From the NCBI GenBank assembly GCA_046758705.1, contig JBHIAT010000048.1, positions 1 through 21,629 of the forward strand: DNA of 21,629 nucleotides. Reading direction: 5' to 3'. Numbering within the stretch: position 1 is the first letter of the stretch; each line of letters begins with the position of its first letter. This DNA comes from Candidatus Bipolaricaulia bacterium. Its GTDB lineage: Bacteria > Bipolaricaulota > Bipolaricaulia > JBHIAT01. Positions 9,801 to 17,341 of this stretch are shown here, piece after piece. The position numbers were made by a program, and so were the translations under genes. The notes beneath the pieces were generated by a model. The model was not told the DNA's origin. It saw only the letters and a program-made list of their open reading frames with translations, and ran no database searches.

Positions 9801-12800
9801 GGTATAACTGGCTGGATCTCCGGATGGGGTCGGCTTCGTGATCGCGTTGCCGTTGACCCGGATCTCCACGCTGGTCTCGTCCACCCCTTTCCCGTCATCC
9901 GCGACGGTCACGACGATCGACTCTTTCGGGTTGTTCGTGTAGAGATCCCCGGTATCGGGATCGGTGTTGGGGGTCTGAATCAGGATCGTCGGGCCGAGGC
10001 TGTCCACGAACAGGTTGAACGATGAACTCGAACCGCTGGAGTTGCCTGCCTGGTCGATGGCCACGGCGGTGAGCACGTTGCTTCCCTGATCCAGCGAAAT
10101 GGCCGTAAACGAGTAGTAACCGTCGACCACAGTATTCTGGGTCCCTAAGCTCACCCCATCGCTGAACAGTTCCACTCGATCCACATCATCGGCCGTCGTC
10201 GCCTCAGGGAGCACCTTGACGTTCACCACACTGTACGACAGCTCGGAATCCGCCGCCACCGACATTCCATCGGCAGGATTGAGCACCTCTAAGCTCGACG
10301 GTGAATTCGGTGGCACGGTATCGATGACGAAACTCAGCTGGCCGGTGGAGCCCGAGTTGCCCGCCCGGTCGGCGTAATCGACAGCGACGTTTACCGCCCC
10401 GTCGGCCAGGTTGCTGAGCGGCGTGTAACTGAGGCCGGTTGCCGTAATCAGGGCATCCCCGGTCACCTCGACCCCGTTCACCTGCAGCACGATGCTGCTG
10501 GTATCGATTCCCGAGCCGCTCCCGTCGCCGAAGGCGGCCGAGATGGCCGGCCGATTGTTGCTGATATAGTCACTCTGACTGGGGTTGGTGAACTGGACGC
10601 TCGGCGCGATCGTGTCGAGCATCAGAGTATCCGTGAGGCTGTCGGTGTTACCGTAGATGTCCATGGCGATCGCTTCAAACGCGTTACTTCCCTCGGATAG
10701 GGTGACCCCGCTGAACGTGAACCCGGCAGTCTGGGTTCCAAGGCTGATGCCATCGAGCGTGAGTTTGATCGACGCCAGATCACTGTCCGCAGGTGAGGTG
10801 ATCACCGCATCCACAGGGCTGACGTTGGTCGGACCGGTTACGGCGTTCTGGGTGCCGCTTTCCTTGTAGGTGATGGCTGTTGGTGCATTCACCGTCGTAT
10901 CAGCCACGATCGTGAATGGGCCTGACGGGTCGCTTTCACCGATCACGTTTTTGGCGGTGGCCTTGATCTGATAGGAACCCGGCCCGGTGCCTGTGGGCAG
11001 GTTGGCCTCCATGTCATAGTCGCCGTTATCATCGGCGGATCCGGTGCCGATTTCGACCGTACTGGGGCCGAAGTAGATGGCCACCGTCGTCCCCGCCTCG
11101 GCCTGCCCGGTTACATGAAAGCTCTGGCCTACGGTGTTATCGCTGCTGGGGCTGGTGACCCCGGTGATCGTCGGAACCGTGGGCGGGCTGTTATCCACCC
11201 ACACCAGCAGCTCTTGGGTTCCCTGATTGCCCGCCAAGTCTGTGACGGTGAACGAGACCTTGTAAGCGCCCTCGCTGACGAGCTGGTTGGCGTCGTTGCG
11301 GCCGTTCCAGTCGAAGCTGTAACTCCCCGCCTGCCGGGACGCCCCGAACAGGATCCCCTTCACCTGGTTCTGGTTCCCATCCAGGATCTTGATGAACAGC
11401 CTGTCAGCGTCTTCACCCAGGGTATAGCTGATCGCCGTCTTGCTGTTCTCCGGGGGATAACCGGAGAGGGTGGTGAACGTCCGGGGGTCGGCGGTGGCGT
11501 CGATCTGCGGCGCCGTGTTGTCAATCGTGACGTTGTGGGTGACCCCCTCGGTCTCGGCGCCTTTGCTCGCCGCTACCTCGATCTGGTTGGCGCCTTCGAT
11601 CAGGGTGCCGGCGGCAAGGCTGAGGGTGAGCGAGAAGTTCCCGCTGCCGTCGATGGTCGCCGGGCCGACGGCCGTGCCGTTGTTGTTCACGGTCAACGTC
11701 GCCCCGGTGTCCACCCGACCGCTCACCTCGAGCTCCGTCGCCGCTAAGTAGACATCGCCCGTCGGGTTATCCACGCGGAGCAGTCGGGCCTCATAGACAT
11801 ATATATCGCCCTGATAAAAGTAGTAGATCTCATCCTTGCTGTTGGGGTTCAGATCAACTAACGCGACCGGTTTATCCCACTCATCGTACCTCAGGGTCTC
11901 CCCTTGATAGATCTGTTGGAACCCGTTCGCGGTCTTCCTCCATAAGTGAAGGCGATTATACCATTGGCTATCGGTGTTGCTCCACCAGCTGAAGTGGATC
12001 CCGATTTCGATCTCGCCGTCCCCATCAAGGTCCCCGATGCTGAATTGGTGGTTTCGGTAATCCCATGTGTTCATCCCCGCTTCCGGAGGCGAAGGGGTCA
12101 TCACATCCCCGATCTCCACGGTCCCGTCGGGGTTCAGATGAAGCTCCCGCACCCGGTCGCCCGTGTTCCAGTCCGAACTGCTGAACAGGGCCTCGTCCCG
12201 TCCATCCCCATCGATGTCGAGCGCTTGGGCCCAGTGAAAATCCCCAAGTTCCCCATTATAACCGGGGATATCTATATTTCCATCTAACTTCAACTCCTCC
12301 ACCAGGCCGCCGAACGCCGAGTCATAACCGTATATATAGAGGATATGGTTGCGTCCGGTCATGATCTCGTTCTTCCCGTCGCCATCGAAGTCCCCGACCA
12401 CCGTCCCTCGGAGGTCGTTCTCCAGACCGGTGATCTGGTGAAACAGTTTAAAATCGACCCCCGTCCATTGGTAGACGAGCAACTGCCCGTCCCGGGTGGA
12501 GACGACCAGGTCGTTGAACGGGACATCGGTATCGACGTTCCCGACGCTCAACGACTGCCAATCCCAGTCGATCTGCCCAATCTCATCGCTGAACCAGAGT
12601 TGAATGAATCCGTTTCCATTCCATTGGTAGATACGCAGATAGAGTGGATAGTGACTGCCGGTCCAATTCCCCCGCTGGAGGGCGATCAACTCGTTCAATC
12701 CGTCGCCGTTGACATCTTCGATGAGCAGTTGATTGAACCCCTCACCGGAGACATTTTGCCAATAGTCTTCAAATCGATACTCCGCTTTGAGGTCATCCCA

Positions 12801-13064
12801 TCGGACGATCCGGATGTTGTGCCAATCGGGATAGACCAGCTCCCGGGCGCCATCGTTGTCCACATCCCCGACCGCAAAGTGATTGGTCCAGCCGGCGTTG
12901 CTGATCGTCGCCTTCTGGACGATCACCCCTTCCTCCTGAAGGCCGGACAGCGTCGGGGTGATTGCGGCGAAGCCGGAACACCCTATACCGATCAGAAGAA
13001 GAACCGAAAGGATGAATACCGACGATGATCCGACTCTAACTCTAAGAGATTGAAGAGACGTCAT
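3864..13064 (-). CDS. Giant secreted surface protein/adhesin (~3066 aa): two FG-GAP/VCBS propellers, many bacterial Ig-like domains, two FlgD-Ig domains, a ZU5-like region and a T9SS type A-like C-terminal domain
   Basis: N-terminal hydrophobic signal. Repeated DxDxDG motifs (GDVDNDG, EDVNGDG, GDFDGDG, DIDGDG, GDLDGDG). 'D.AGN...DT..P' Ig repeats. FDWNGRND...EG.YKV (FlgD-Ig). C-terminal NGPNP...KLRIYNVSGALL...WELRD...LANGLYIYLI. ATG 13064 follows SD AAGGAGGT. Confidence 0.88.
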   Translation of the reverse strand: MTSLQSLRVRVGSSSVFILSVLLLIGIGCSGFAAITPTLSGLQEEGVIVQKATISNAGWTNHFAVGDVDNDGARELVYPDWHNIRIVRWDDLKAEYRFEDYWQNVSGEGFNQLLIEDVNGDGLNELIALQRGNWTGSHYPLYLRIYQWNGNGFIQLWFSDEIGQIDWDWQSLSVGNVDTDVPFNDLVVSTRDGQLLVYQWTGVDFKLFHQITGLENDLRGTVVGDFDGDGKNEIMTGRNHILYIYGYDSAFGGLVEELKLDGNIDIPGYNGELGDFHWAQALDIDGDGRDEALFSSSDWNTGDRVRELHLNPDGTVEIGDVMTPSPPEAGMNTWDYRNHQFSIGDLDGDGEIEIGIHFSWWSNTDSQWYNRLHLWRKTANGFQQIYQGETLRYDEWDKPVALVDLNPNSKDEIYYFYQGDIYVYEARLLRVDNPTGDVYLAATELEVSGRVDTGATLTVNNNGTAVGPATIDGSGNFSLTLSLAAGTLIEGANQIEVAASKGAETEGVTHNVTIDNTAPQIDATADPRTFTTLSGYPPENSKTAISYTLGEDADRLFIKILDGNQNQVKGILFGASRQAGSYSFDWNGRNDANQLVSEGAYKVSFTVTDLAGNQGTQELLVWVDNSPPTVPTITGVTSPSSDNTVGQSFHVTGQAEAGTTVAIYFGPSTVEIGTGSADDNGDYDMEANLPTGTGPGSYQIKATAKNVIGESDPSGPFTIVADTTVNAPTAITYKESGTQNAVTGPTNVSPVDAVITSPADSDLASIKLTLDGISLGTQTAGFTFSGVTLSEGSNAFEAIAMDIYGNTDSLTDTLMLDTIAPSVQFTNPSQSDYISNNRPAISAAFGDGSGSGIDTSSIVLQVNGVEVTGDALITATGLSYTPLSNLADGAVNVAVDYADRAGNSGSTGQLSFVIDTVPPNSPSSLEVLNPADGMSVAADSELSYSVVNVKVLPEATTADDVDRVELFSDGVSLGTQNTVVDGYYSFTAISLDQGSNVLTAVAIDQAGNSSGSSSSFNLFVDSLGPTILIQTPNTDPDTGDLYTNNPKESIVVTVADDGKGVDETSVEIRVNGNAITKPTPSGDPASYTYTYTPATSYSDGTITVTVNTQDLLGTAANQTQYSFEVDTAGPTVQLSYQPGSPVKAGALEIMATADEPLGAAPTIDIDQPGSNDIAGGTMTTVDAKTYSYTYTTNPADGTHYLDGEATVTVAGADRAGNAIEVVSNNHFLIDTTPPEAPQLDFTTYNINKLITDFEVRGHGALANGLVRLYITWSNQAREIQDTVADAEGRFAWPISVTVGKTVVEGTTFDSAGNESPKSPPGTIQVTNEVAGEITPTIGGLQPEGVITQPGEIAGVWTTSAVRGDADNDGTEELVFLGWRDIVLTEWDELSGKFITEWYYQEVFGSDFRQVLVEDVNGDGLNEVIILQLGDWNGNYNPLYIRIFAWNGNGFNPLWFSGEIGEADWDWWSLSVGDVDATNPYKDIVVSTRDGKLLGFQWTGVDFALSYQVDGLDGWLRGTAIGDFDGDGQHEIITGSNNTLYLYGYNSNSGQLVEELRSDIDQGKANDFRWPKVIDIDGDGRDEVLYNGSSWETSERIWELHLTAANTLEIGEVLTPPPPELDINRWDYRNRNFDIGDIDGDGAVEIGINFNWWDPTDGQDYHQFYLWKRTTNGYQNIYQGERVTGGGAWEAPVVLADLNRDGKDEVYFLETSFESEFLVYESRLLRVDTPSQDGYFAATELEVSGRVDTGATLTVNNNGTAVGPATIDGSGSFSLTLSLADGTLIEGVNQIEVTASKGTETEGVSRNLTVDTTAPEISATTDPRTFTTLPDYPLEKRRTTVNYTLKESVNKLFIKILDGNQNQVKGILFGASQEAGNYSFDWNGRNDANQLVGEGVYKVAFTATDLAGNSGTAEALVGVSNSLPGVPTITGVVSPGDDKVGKSFEVNGQAEIGTIVTILFTGVEVGTEFADETGGYLITVSLPEETSSGEYQITARAENVIGKSDPSAPFAITVDADVTPPQATVYRASGTENVITTPTNVSNVDVIVTPPLDPDLESIELLIGGVSQGVQTQGFSYSGITLTEGTNVFEALSKDIYGNTNRLTDMLLLDTVVPTVQFTSPAQDIYTSDAQPTLSATFDDGDGSGIDTASVQLTVNGSDVTGEATITETDLSYAPSTPLSDGIVEVSVAYADLTGNSGVAGQLSFIVDTIPPGAPTALVVLKDGAAVAEGSELSYDLADIQVTPDAATAGDVDHVELFLDRDLSDEVEAERLGTQSTIVDGDYLFQNVQLNQGNNYLYAVAQDVAGNRSAASAVAGAFFVDSLGPTILIQTPNTDSSSGDNATGDTREPITVTVTDEGKGVDESTVDIQINGISITKPVPSAVPFGYTYEYPPDEPHTDVGGDVTVTVYAVDLGGLESSEMYTFFIAPSPIVDSSTHPDQTRWYGSDDVKFSWQVPVDNVEVEGYSYRFDQSEGTVPELKVNTTSDQLTFTDVENGISYLHLRVKYNQPGAWSDTIHYRVKVDGELPHSEITAPEDGFASNTLENVEISGTAFDNFSGLQKVEISLRKFDDAYWNGSEWVIQATWLESQGTEAWSYTLPMVPVEEGEYWVRSRAWDQNGNIEDPSEGVKILIDTTPPQLGEFAAELVDTQLTVGLHIVEAHPQVLIQLTVEDEGGQTVDSVETTITEADYRYQQAVELGAFEGMGTIYLVATDNAGNASLRTESFVVENISAQTGGTVKNEASEIEIAAGALDTDVMISITPKDYGDPESSSVETQGLNPVSSMWRFYPDGLTFSPDKPAKLTLAYDPKQTEDPTKLAIYFFTGDEGWQFVGVDQVDTELHTVTVSVDHFSDYAVLVDSRPPEFVEVGIGDERDFYQRFRPEARFKAYDPGSGVDEESVSVQYIDHSGAVVMDKSDFFYYTDVDEAGEPLWIAEPIEKLLSGDYTARISVADRMGNLQTEEVPFVVEGSLIVVNGPNPVGWAGTTFYYSLPQGIASAKLRIYNVSGALLFEDDLDPMGNEYPGIGRWELRDNYGRSLANGLYIYLIVAVDEDGNVIRSEIGRFVVNK
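5790..9068 (-). repeat. Copy 2 of the ~3.3-kb intragenic duplication
   Basis: Runs from ITPTIGGLQPEGVI to YTFFI. 6063-6110 is identical to 9960-10007 (48 bp). Distal boundary approximate. Confidence 0.9.
9690..12962 (-). repeat. Copy 1 of a ~3.3-kb intragenic duplication in the giant gene
   Basis: Runs from ITPTLSGLQEEGVI to YSFEV. Colinear with copy 2 at an offset of about 3.89 kb. Distal boundary approximate. Confidence 0.9.
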
Positions 13065-13141
13065 ATTCAGAGATACCTCCTTCTTCAATTTCGCGCATTT
13101 AGTCTCTGAATGAAGGTTATTCCCGTTTTGTTTGGAGAATA

Positions 13142-13169
13142 TAGGGACAAATGTCGGAAAAAAACGGAA
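13142..13169. promoter_or_regulatory. 28-bp conserved intergenic motif, copy A (TAGGGACAAATGTCGGaaAAAAACGGAA)
   Basis: 26/28 identical to the copies at 16471 and 20561. Lies about 78 bp upstream of the giant gene start. Regulatory role is inferred. Confidence 0.65.
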
Positions 13170-13191
13170 ATGTTATCCTTTCCGCTATCCT

Positions 13192-13212
13192 GCTGATGGC
13201 TAAACGCTTACA
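13192..13212. repeat. Short heptamer array (gctgatg gctaaac gcttaca)
   Basis: Matches the 3' end of the array at 17579-17634. Confidence 0.55.
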
Positions 13213-13380
13213 CCAGATACACTGGCTTAACACCCCGGACAAAGATCCCCCGCCTCAGGACAAAGGTCATCCTCTCGACGCACGGATGTCCTTTCATATC
13301 TTCCAAGGCGCGTACTTTAATAAACTGATGGTGAAATATAGGACCGTCGCAGAAATTCTCGTAGTGAGGTGAAGCAACCC

Positions 13381-13824
13381 ATGAATCGGTATTGGGACGT
13401 GAGCTGGCAGGCGAGGTGGGTGGCCTTGACCCTCATTCTCGCTTTGGTCGTCCTGCCGGCCTTTCCGGTCCTCCTCTACGCCCAGGAAGGCCAAGAAGGT
13501 CAGGAAGGCCAGGAAGCCGAGAAGGGCATCACCCGGGAACAGATCCTGGATCAGGCCCGGGGGCTGCGCGACAAGATGGAGGAGATACGCGCCCAGCAGA
13601 TCCAGCTGGGAGAGGTGCTGGGCACTATCGAAGGGAATGTCGGGTTTCTGTTGGGACAGCTCGATATCTTGGAGGAGCTCGAGCGACTGGACGGGCAGAT
13701 CAGAGGATTAACGGAGCAGGCAGGAAAGCTGGAGCAGGCCAACCGGCTCAACCAGCAGCTGAGTCTGGTGAGTATCGGCGGGGTGGCCCTCGTCTTCCTG
13801 CTGGTGCTCGTAGGCGGCTCCTGA
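13381..13824 (+). CDS. Hypothetical exported coiled-coil protein with C-terminal membrane anchor
   Basis: Signal peptide ending LYA|QEGQEGQEGQE, heptad Leu/Ile pattern, C-terminal hydrophobic helix. SD GAGGTG before ATG 13381. Confidence 0.75.
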   Translation: MNRYWDVSWQARWVALTLILALVVLPAFPVLLYAQEGQEGQEGQEAEKGITREQILDQARGLRDKMEEIRAQQIQLGEVLGTIEGNVGFLLGQLDILEELERLDGQIRGLTEQAGKLEQANRLNQQLSLVSIGGVALVFLLVLVGGS

Positions 13825-13850
13825 TCGGGACCTCTTGGTGCAAAAGATGA

Positions 13851-13914
13851 GTTAAAAATCCGCAATTGGCCGAGGAAGATAAGATCATCGCCACCACCAA
13901 CTGTGGTCAGGGAA
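13851..13914 (+). pseudogene. kaiB: kaiB relic (internal fragment with a +1 frameshift)
   Basis: GTT AAA AAT CCG CAA TTG GCC GAG GAA GAT AAG ATC ATC GCC ACC (a) CCA ACT GTG GTC AGG GAA = VKNPQLAEEDKIIAT/PTVVRE. Matches the KaiB core NPQLAEEDKILATPTL and the intact copy's [19 protein letters not shown]. Confidence 0.8.
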
Positions 13915-13921
13915 GCAAAGC

Positions 13922-16456
13922 ATGGAAAGACCGGCTGACGACCTGGAAGCACAACTGGAACAACGAACGCGGGAATTACAGGCTAGCAAAGCCCGCTTCT
14001 GCAATATCATAGAAAAGAATGCTGATGGCATCATCATTGTGGACAGAAATGGAATGGTGCGTTTTGTCAATCCGGCTGCGGAAGCCCTCTTGGACCGCAA
14101 GGCAAAAGAACTCCTGGGTGAATTATTCGGCTTTCCGGTGGTGGCCGGTGAAACCACGGAGATTGACATTATTCGCAGAGATGGAGCAACAACCGTAGCG
14201 GAAATGCGCGTGGTGGAAACCGAATGGGAAGGTGAAATAGCCTACCTCGCATCGCTTCGAGATATCACTGATCGCAAGCAGGTCGAGGAGGAGTTAAAAT
14301 CAGCCCAGGAATACACCCGGGACCTGATTGATAGTTCTCTGGTTATGATCATCTCCGTAGACCAGGACCGCAGGATCGTTGAGTTCAACCAGGCAGCCCA
14401 GGAAACGTTCGGCTACAGTAAAGCGGAACTCCTCGGCCAGCCCATCGACATCCTCTATGCCGATCCAGCGGAAGGGTCGAAGGTTCATGAAACGATCCGG
14501 AGAACCGGTCGATTCACCGGCGAAATCGCCAACAAACGGAAGAATGGTGAGATATTTCCCTCGTTGCTCGCCGCTTCTGTTCTACGAGATGCGAGCGGTG
14601 AATTTTTGGGGGTCATGGGGGTCTCTCAGGACATCACTGAGCGCAAGCGCTTTGAAGCGCAACTGGTCCACTTGGCAAACCGCGACCCGCTCACCGGTCT
14701 TTTCAACCGGCGTCGCTTTCAGGAGGAGTTGGAGCGTCAGTTCGCGCAGGCACGGCGCTACAGGACCCAGGGGGCGCTGTTGTTTCTGGATCTGGACAGC
14801 TTTAAGGACATCAATGACAGCCTCGGTCACCAAGCCGGGGATGAACTGCTTACGAGTCTGGCCGCCCTGCTGAGGGAAAGGCTACGGGAGACCGACATCC
14901 TGGCGCGCCTGGGCGGCGACGAGTTCGCCATCCTCCTGCCGCACACTGAGGCGGATCAGGCACAGGCGGTCGCCGAGGATCTTCTGGAGACGGTGCGCTA
15001 TCACACCGTCGTGATCGACGAACACCCGATTGGCATCACGACCAGCATCGGTATCGCCCTGTTTCCCGACCACAACATCACAGTGGAGGAGTTACTCACC
15101 CGCGCTGATCTAGCGATGTACCATGCAAAGGAAAATGGCCACGACCTTTTTAGCATCTATACCCCCGATAGGGACTGGCAAGCACAGATTGAATCCAAGC
15201 TCACCTGGGCAAGACGCATCCGCGAAGCGTTGGAACAGGATCGCTTGCTGCTGTATGCCCAACCCATCCTCGACCTCAACAGCAATCAGATCTCCCAATA
15301 TGAGTTGTTGCTGCGCATGGCGGGCGAAGGGGGCGAGATCATCCTCCCCAGCGCCTTTCTCAACGTCGCCGAGCGGGTTGGCCTGATCCACGATATCGAC
15401 CGCTGGGTGGTGTACCAGGCGATCCATCTCATCGCTGACCATCACTCAGCTGGCCGAGACCTGTGTCTGGCAGTCAACCTCTCCGCCAGAGCCTTCGCAG
15501 ACAGAGAACTGCTGCCGATGATCCAGCGCGAACTGGCCGCCACCTCCATCAACCCGGCAAGCCTGATGCTGGAGATCACCGAAACCGCTACCATTGCCGA
15601 CATCAACCAGGCCCAGAAGTTCCTTAACGCCCTGAAGGCGCTGGGTTGCCGGTTTGCGCTTGACGATTTCGGCGTTGGGTTTTCCTCGTTCTATCACCTC
15701 AAGCACCTGCCCGTGGAATACCTGAAGATCGACGGCGGCTTTATCCGTAACCTGCGCCGCGACCCCGCGGATCAGCAATTGGTCAAGGCCATGGTAGCCA
15801 TGGCTCGTGGGCTAGGCAAACAGACCATCACCGAGCACGTCGGTGACGAAGAGACCTTGCAGCTGTTGCGGGAATATGGGGTGGATTACGCGCAAGGCAA
15901 CCATATCGGCCGGCCCGCTGCAGTGTCTGAGGTGTTGTCATCTAATTTTCGCCCGAAAAAACCGGAATACCTCTTCCACTCATTGGAAGAGGAGATTATG
16001 GCTGAGGTTGAGGTTGGAAAGCTTAAGATTCTGCTGGTCGAAGACAATCCTGATGACATCGAGATCACCAAGCGGGCGCTGAAGAAGAGCGAGCTCGACG
16101 ATGATCTGCTGGTCATCCAGGATGGTGAAGAGGCGCTCAATTTCCTTCATAAACGAGAAAAACACCGAGATGCGCCCCGGCCCGATTTGATCCTGCTCGA
16201 TCTGAACCTGCCCAAGATAGACGGCCGAGAGGTGCTGGTCCAGATCAAGCGGGATGAAAAACTCCGGCAAATCCCGGTGATCGTGTTGACCGTCTCGAAG
16301 TACGAGAAAGATATAGCGAAAGCCTACAACAGCGGGGCGAGCAGCTACATCACCAAACCGGCCGACTTCAGAGGGTTTGTGAAGATCATCAAGATCGTCC
16401 GGGACTATTGGAGGATCGTTAAACTGTCCTCCGAAAGTGATGACGTCAGATCATAG
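13922..16456 (+). CDS. PAS-PAS-GGDEF-EAL diguanylate cyclase/phosphodiesterase with C-terminal receiver domain
   Basis: Two PAS/PAC domains (DITDRK, DITERK), DPLTGLFNRR, RETD I-site, intact GGDEF. EAL-domain motifs ELLLR, EITE, DDFG, KID, QG. Rcp1-like REC: LLVEDN...LLDLNLP...VLT...YITKP. Confidence 0.95.
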   Translation: MERPADDLEAQLEQRTRELQASKARFCNIIEKNADGIIIVDRNGMVRFVNPAAEALLDRKAKELLGELFGFPVVAGETTEIDIIRRDGATTVAEMRVVETEWEGEIAYLASLRDITDRKQVEEELKSAQEYTRDLIDSSLVMIISVDQDRRIVEFNQAAQETFGYSKAELLGQPIDILYADPAEGSKVHETIRRTGRFTGEIANKRKNGEIFPSLLAASVLRDASGEFLGVMGVSQDITERKRFEAQLVHLANRDPLTGLFNRRRFQEELERQFAQARRYRTQGALLFLDLDSFKDINDSLGHQAGDELLTSLAALLRERLRETDILARLGGDEFAILLPHTEADQAQAVAEDLLETVRYHTVVIDEHPIGITTSIGIALFPDHNITVEELLTRADLAMYHAKENGHDLFSIYTPDRDWQAQIESKLTWARRIREALEQDRLLLYAQPILDLNSNQISQYELLLRMAGEGGEIILPSAFLNVAERVGLIHDIDRWVVYQAIHLIADHHSAGRDLCLAVNLSARAFADRELLPMIQRELAATSINPASLMLEITETATIADINQAQKFLNALKALGCRFALDDFGVGFSSFYHLKHLPVEYLKIDGGFIRNLRRDPADQQLVKAMVAMARGLGKQTITEHVGDEETLQLLREYGVDYAQGNHIGRPAAVSEVLSSNFRPKKPEYLFHSLEEEIMAEVEVGKLKILLVEDNPDDIEITKRALKKSELDDDLLVIQDGEEALNFLHKREKHRDAPRPDLILLDLNLPKIDGREVLVQIKRDEKLRQIPVIVLTVSKYEKDIAKAYNSGASSYITKPADFRGFVKIIKIVRDYWRIVKLSSESDDVRS
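15970..16000 (+). promoter_or_regulatory. Internal SD and in-frame ATG for the REC domain, with the SD partly inside a 9-bp hairpin
   Basis: CCTCTTCCA-ctcat-TGGAAGAGG perfect stem (15970-15992), GAGGAG at 15989-15994, ATG at 15998 in frame with 13922. Confidence 0.5.
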
Positions 16457-16470
16457 CCGTTGCGCCGCAG

Positions 16471-16498
16471 TAGGGACAAATGTCGGTTAAAAACGGAA
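16471..16498. promoter_or_regulatory. 28-bp conserved motif, copy B
   Basis: TAGGGACAAATGTCGGTTAAAAACGGAA, 28/28 identical to 20561-20588. Confidence 0.6.
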
Positions 16499-16508
16499 AT
16501 TTCCCCTT

Positions 16509-16598
16509 AGGGGAGGAACGGAGTGATGGTGGCAGGCATCGGCCTCATCGTGGGAATTTCAGCGCTCCTGACATTCCTCGGCCGGTGGGCGTTAATCG
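16509..16598 (+). pseudogene. Relic of the N-terminal part of a CPBP gene paralogous to 20827-21627
   Basis: 90-bp ungapped match to 20903-20992 (74/90 by hand count). GRNGVMVAGIGLIVGISALLTFLGRWALI vs GRKGVMAAGIGLIVAISVFLTSLSKWALI. Confidence 0.8.
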
Positions 16599-17023
16599 AG
16601 CTCGTAATCGATACCCCTGATCACTTGGAGTTGTGGAAGGGGATAGTGATCGACGTTGTTGGTCAGGAGAGGTACCCCAAGCGCCTCAGCGGTAGCGGCA
16701 ATGATCCCATCAGCGAGTCCCACGGTGATGCCACGGGAGCGCAACTGTTTCAGCAACTTCCCGGCTCGGCGCGCCACAGTGATATCCACCTCGATAGAGA
16801 CAAGACCATCAAGAAAGGCCTGGGTGGCGGCCTCCTCCTGAGGTCGCATTCCCATATAGACCTCAAGATGAGTGATCACACTGATAGCCGCCAGCCCTCC
16901 TGTAAAGCGGGTGAAATGATCTAAAAGCGTCTTTGCATATTGATGGCCGCGTAGGTAATCGATCACAATGTCCGTATCTAAAAGACAGGTGATCGGAAGT
17001 TCTTCCTGTTCCACTTCAGCCAT
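16592..17023 (-). CDS. vapC: PIN-domain VapC-family toxin
   Basis: LLDTDIVID...ISVITHLEV...LADGIIAATA...LLTNNVDHY. Probable start ATG 17023 overlaps the end of the antitoxin gene. Confidence 0.92.
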   Translation of the reverse strand: MAEVEQEELPITCLLDTDIVIDYLRGHQYAKTLLDHFTRFTGGLAAISVITHLEVYMGMRPQEEAATQAFLDGLVSIEVDITVARRAGKLLKQLRSRGITVGLADGIIAATAEALGVPLLTNNVDHYPLPQLQVIRGIDYELD

Positions 17024-17312
17024 CCCCTTCGATGAGCGAACGAATTCTTTCCTCATCGAGCTTTCTCAGTCGATCCACGTACTGAACGGTTGCTTCGGGT
17101 GTCAGGAGATCAGGATGGTCTTCAGCCTTCCAGGCTCCGTATCCCGCCTCCAGGCCTTGCCTTTGTCTATAACGGGCAAGGTGGATCCTGAGCGCTTCAG
17201 CGAGAAACGCACTGACTTTCCCTTTCTCGACGAGCTCTCGAAGTTCCCTGACAACATCGGCAGGCAAGGTGATCGAGAGTTTCTCGGTTTGAGGTTGAAG
17301 GTGTTTGGCCAT
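17016..17312 (-). CDS. Putative antitoxin (CopG/RHH-like N-terminus)
   Basis: KLSITLPADVVREL...VSAFLAEAL strand-helix-helix and a GAWKAEDHPDL tail. Directly upstream of and overlapping the PIN gene. SD AGGAGG. Confidence 0.82.
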   Translation of the reverse strand: MAKHLQPQTEKLSITLPADVVRELRELVEKGKVSAFLAEALRIHLARYRQRQGLEAGYGAWKAEDHPDLLTPEATVQYVDRLRKLDEERIRSLIEGDG

Positions 17313-17341
17313 CTTCTTAATCCTCCTTTTTATCATGGTTT

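Noticed and set aside
5790-12962. Diversity-generating retroelement TR/VR pair
   Set aside because: Both copies are in-frame parts of one ORF, the mismatches I inspected are not adenine-specific, and no reverse transcriptase is present.
12975-12995. Lipoprotein lipobox (IGIGC) in the giant protein
   Set aside because: Poor -3 residue, and a plausible SPase I site (GFA|A) follows. It cannot be resolved without SignalP.
4036-13028. Long alternative ORFs (e.g. 5085-6200, 8784-9779, 12345-13028)
   Set aside because: Antisense or off-frame shadows of the GC-rich giant gene with no recognisable motifs.
16523-16924. 133-aa plus-strand ORF as a real gene
   Set aside because: The first ~25 codons are the CPBP relic; the rest is antisense to vapC.
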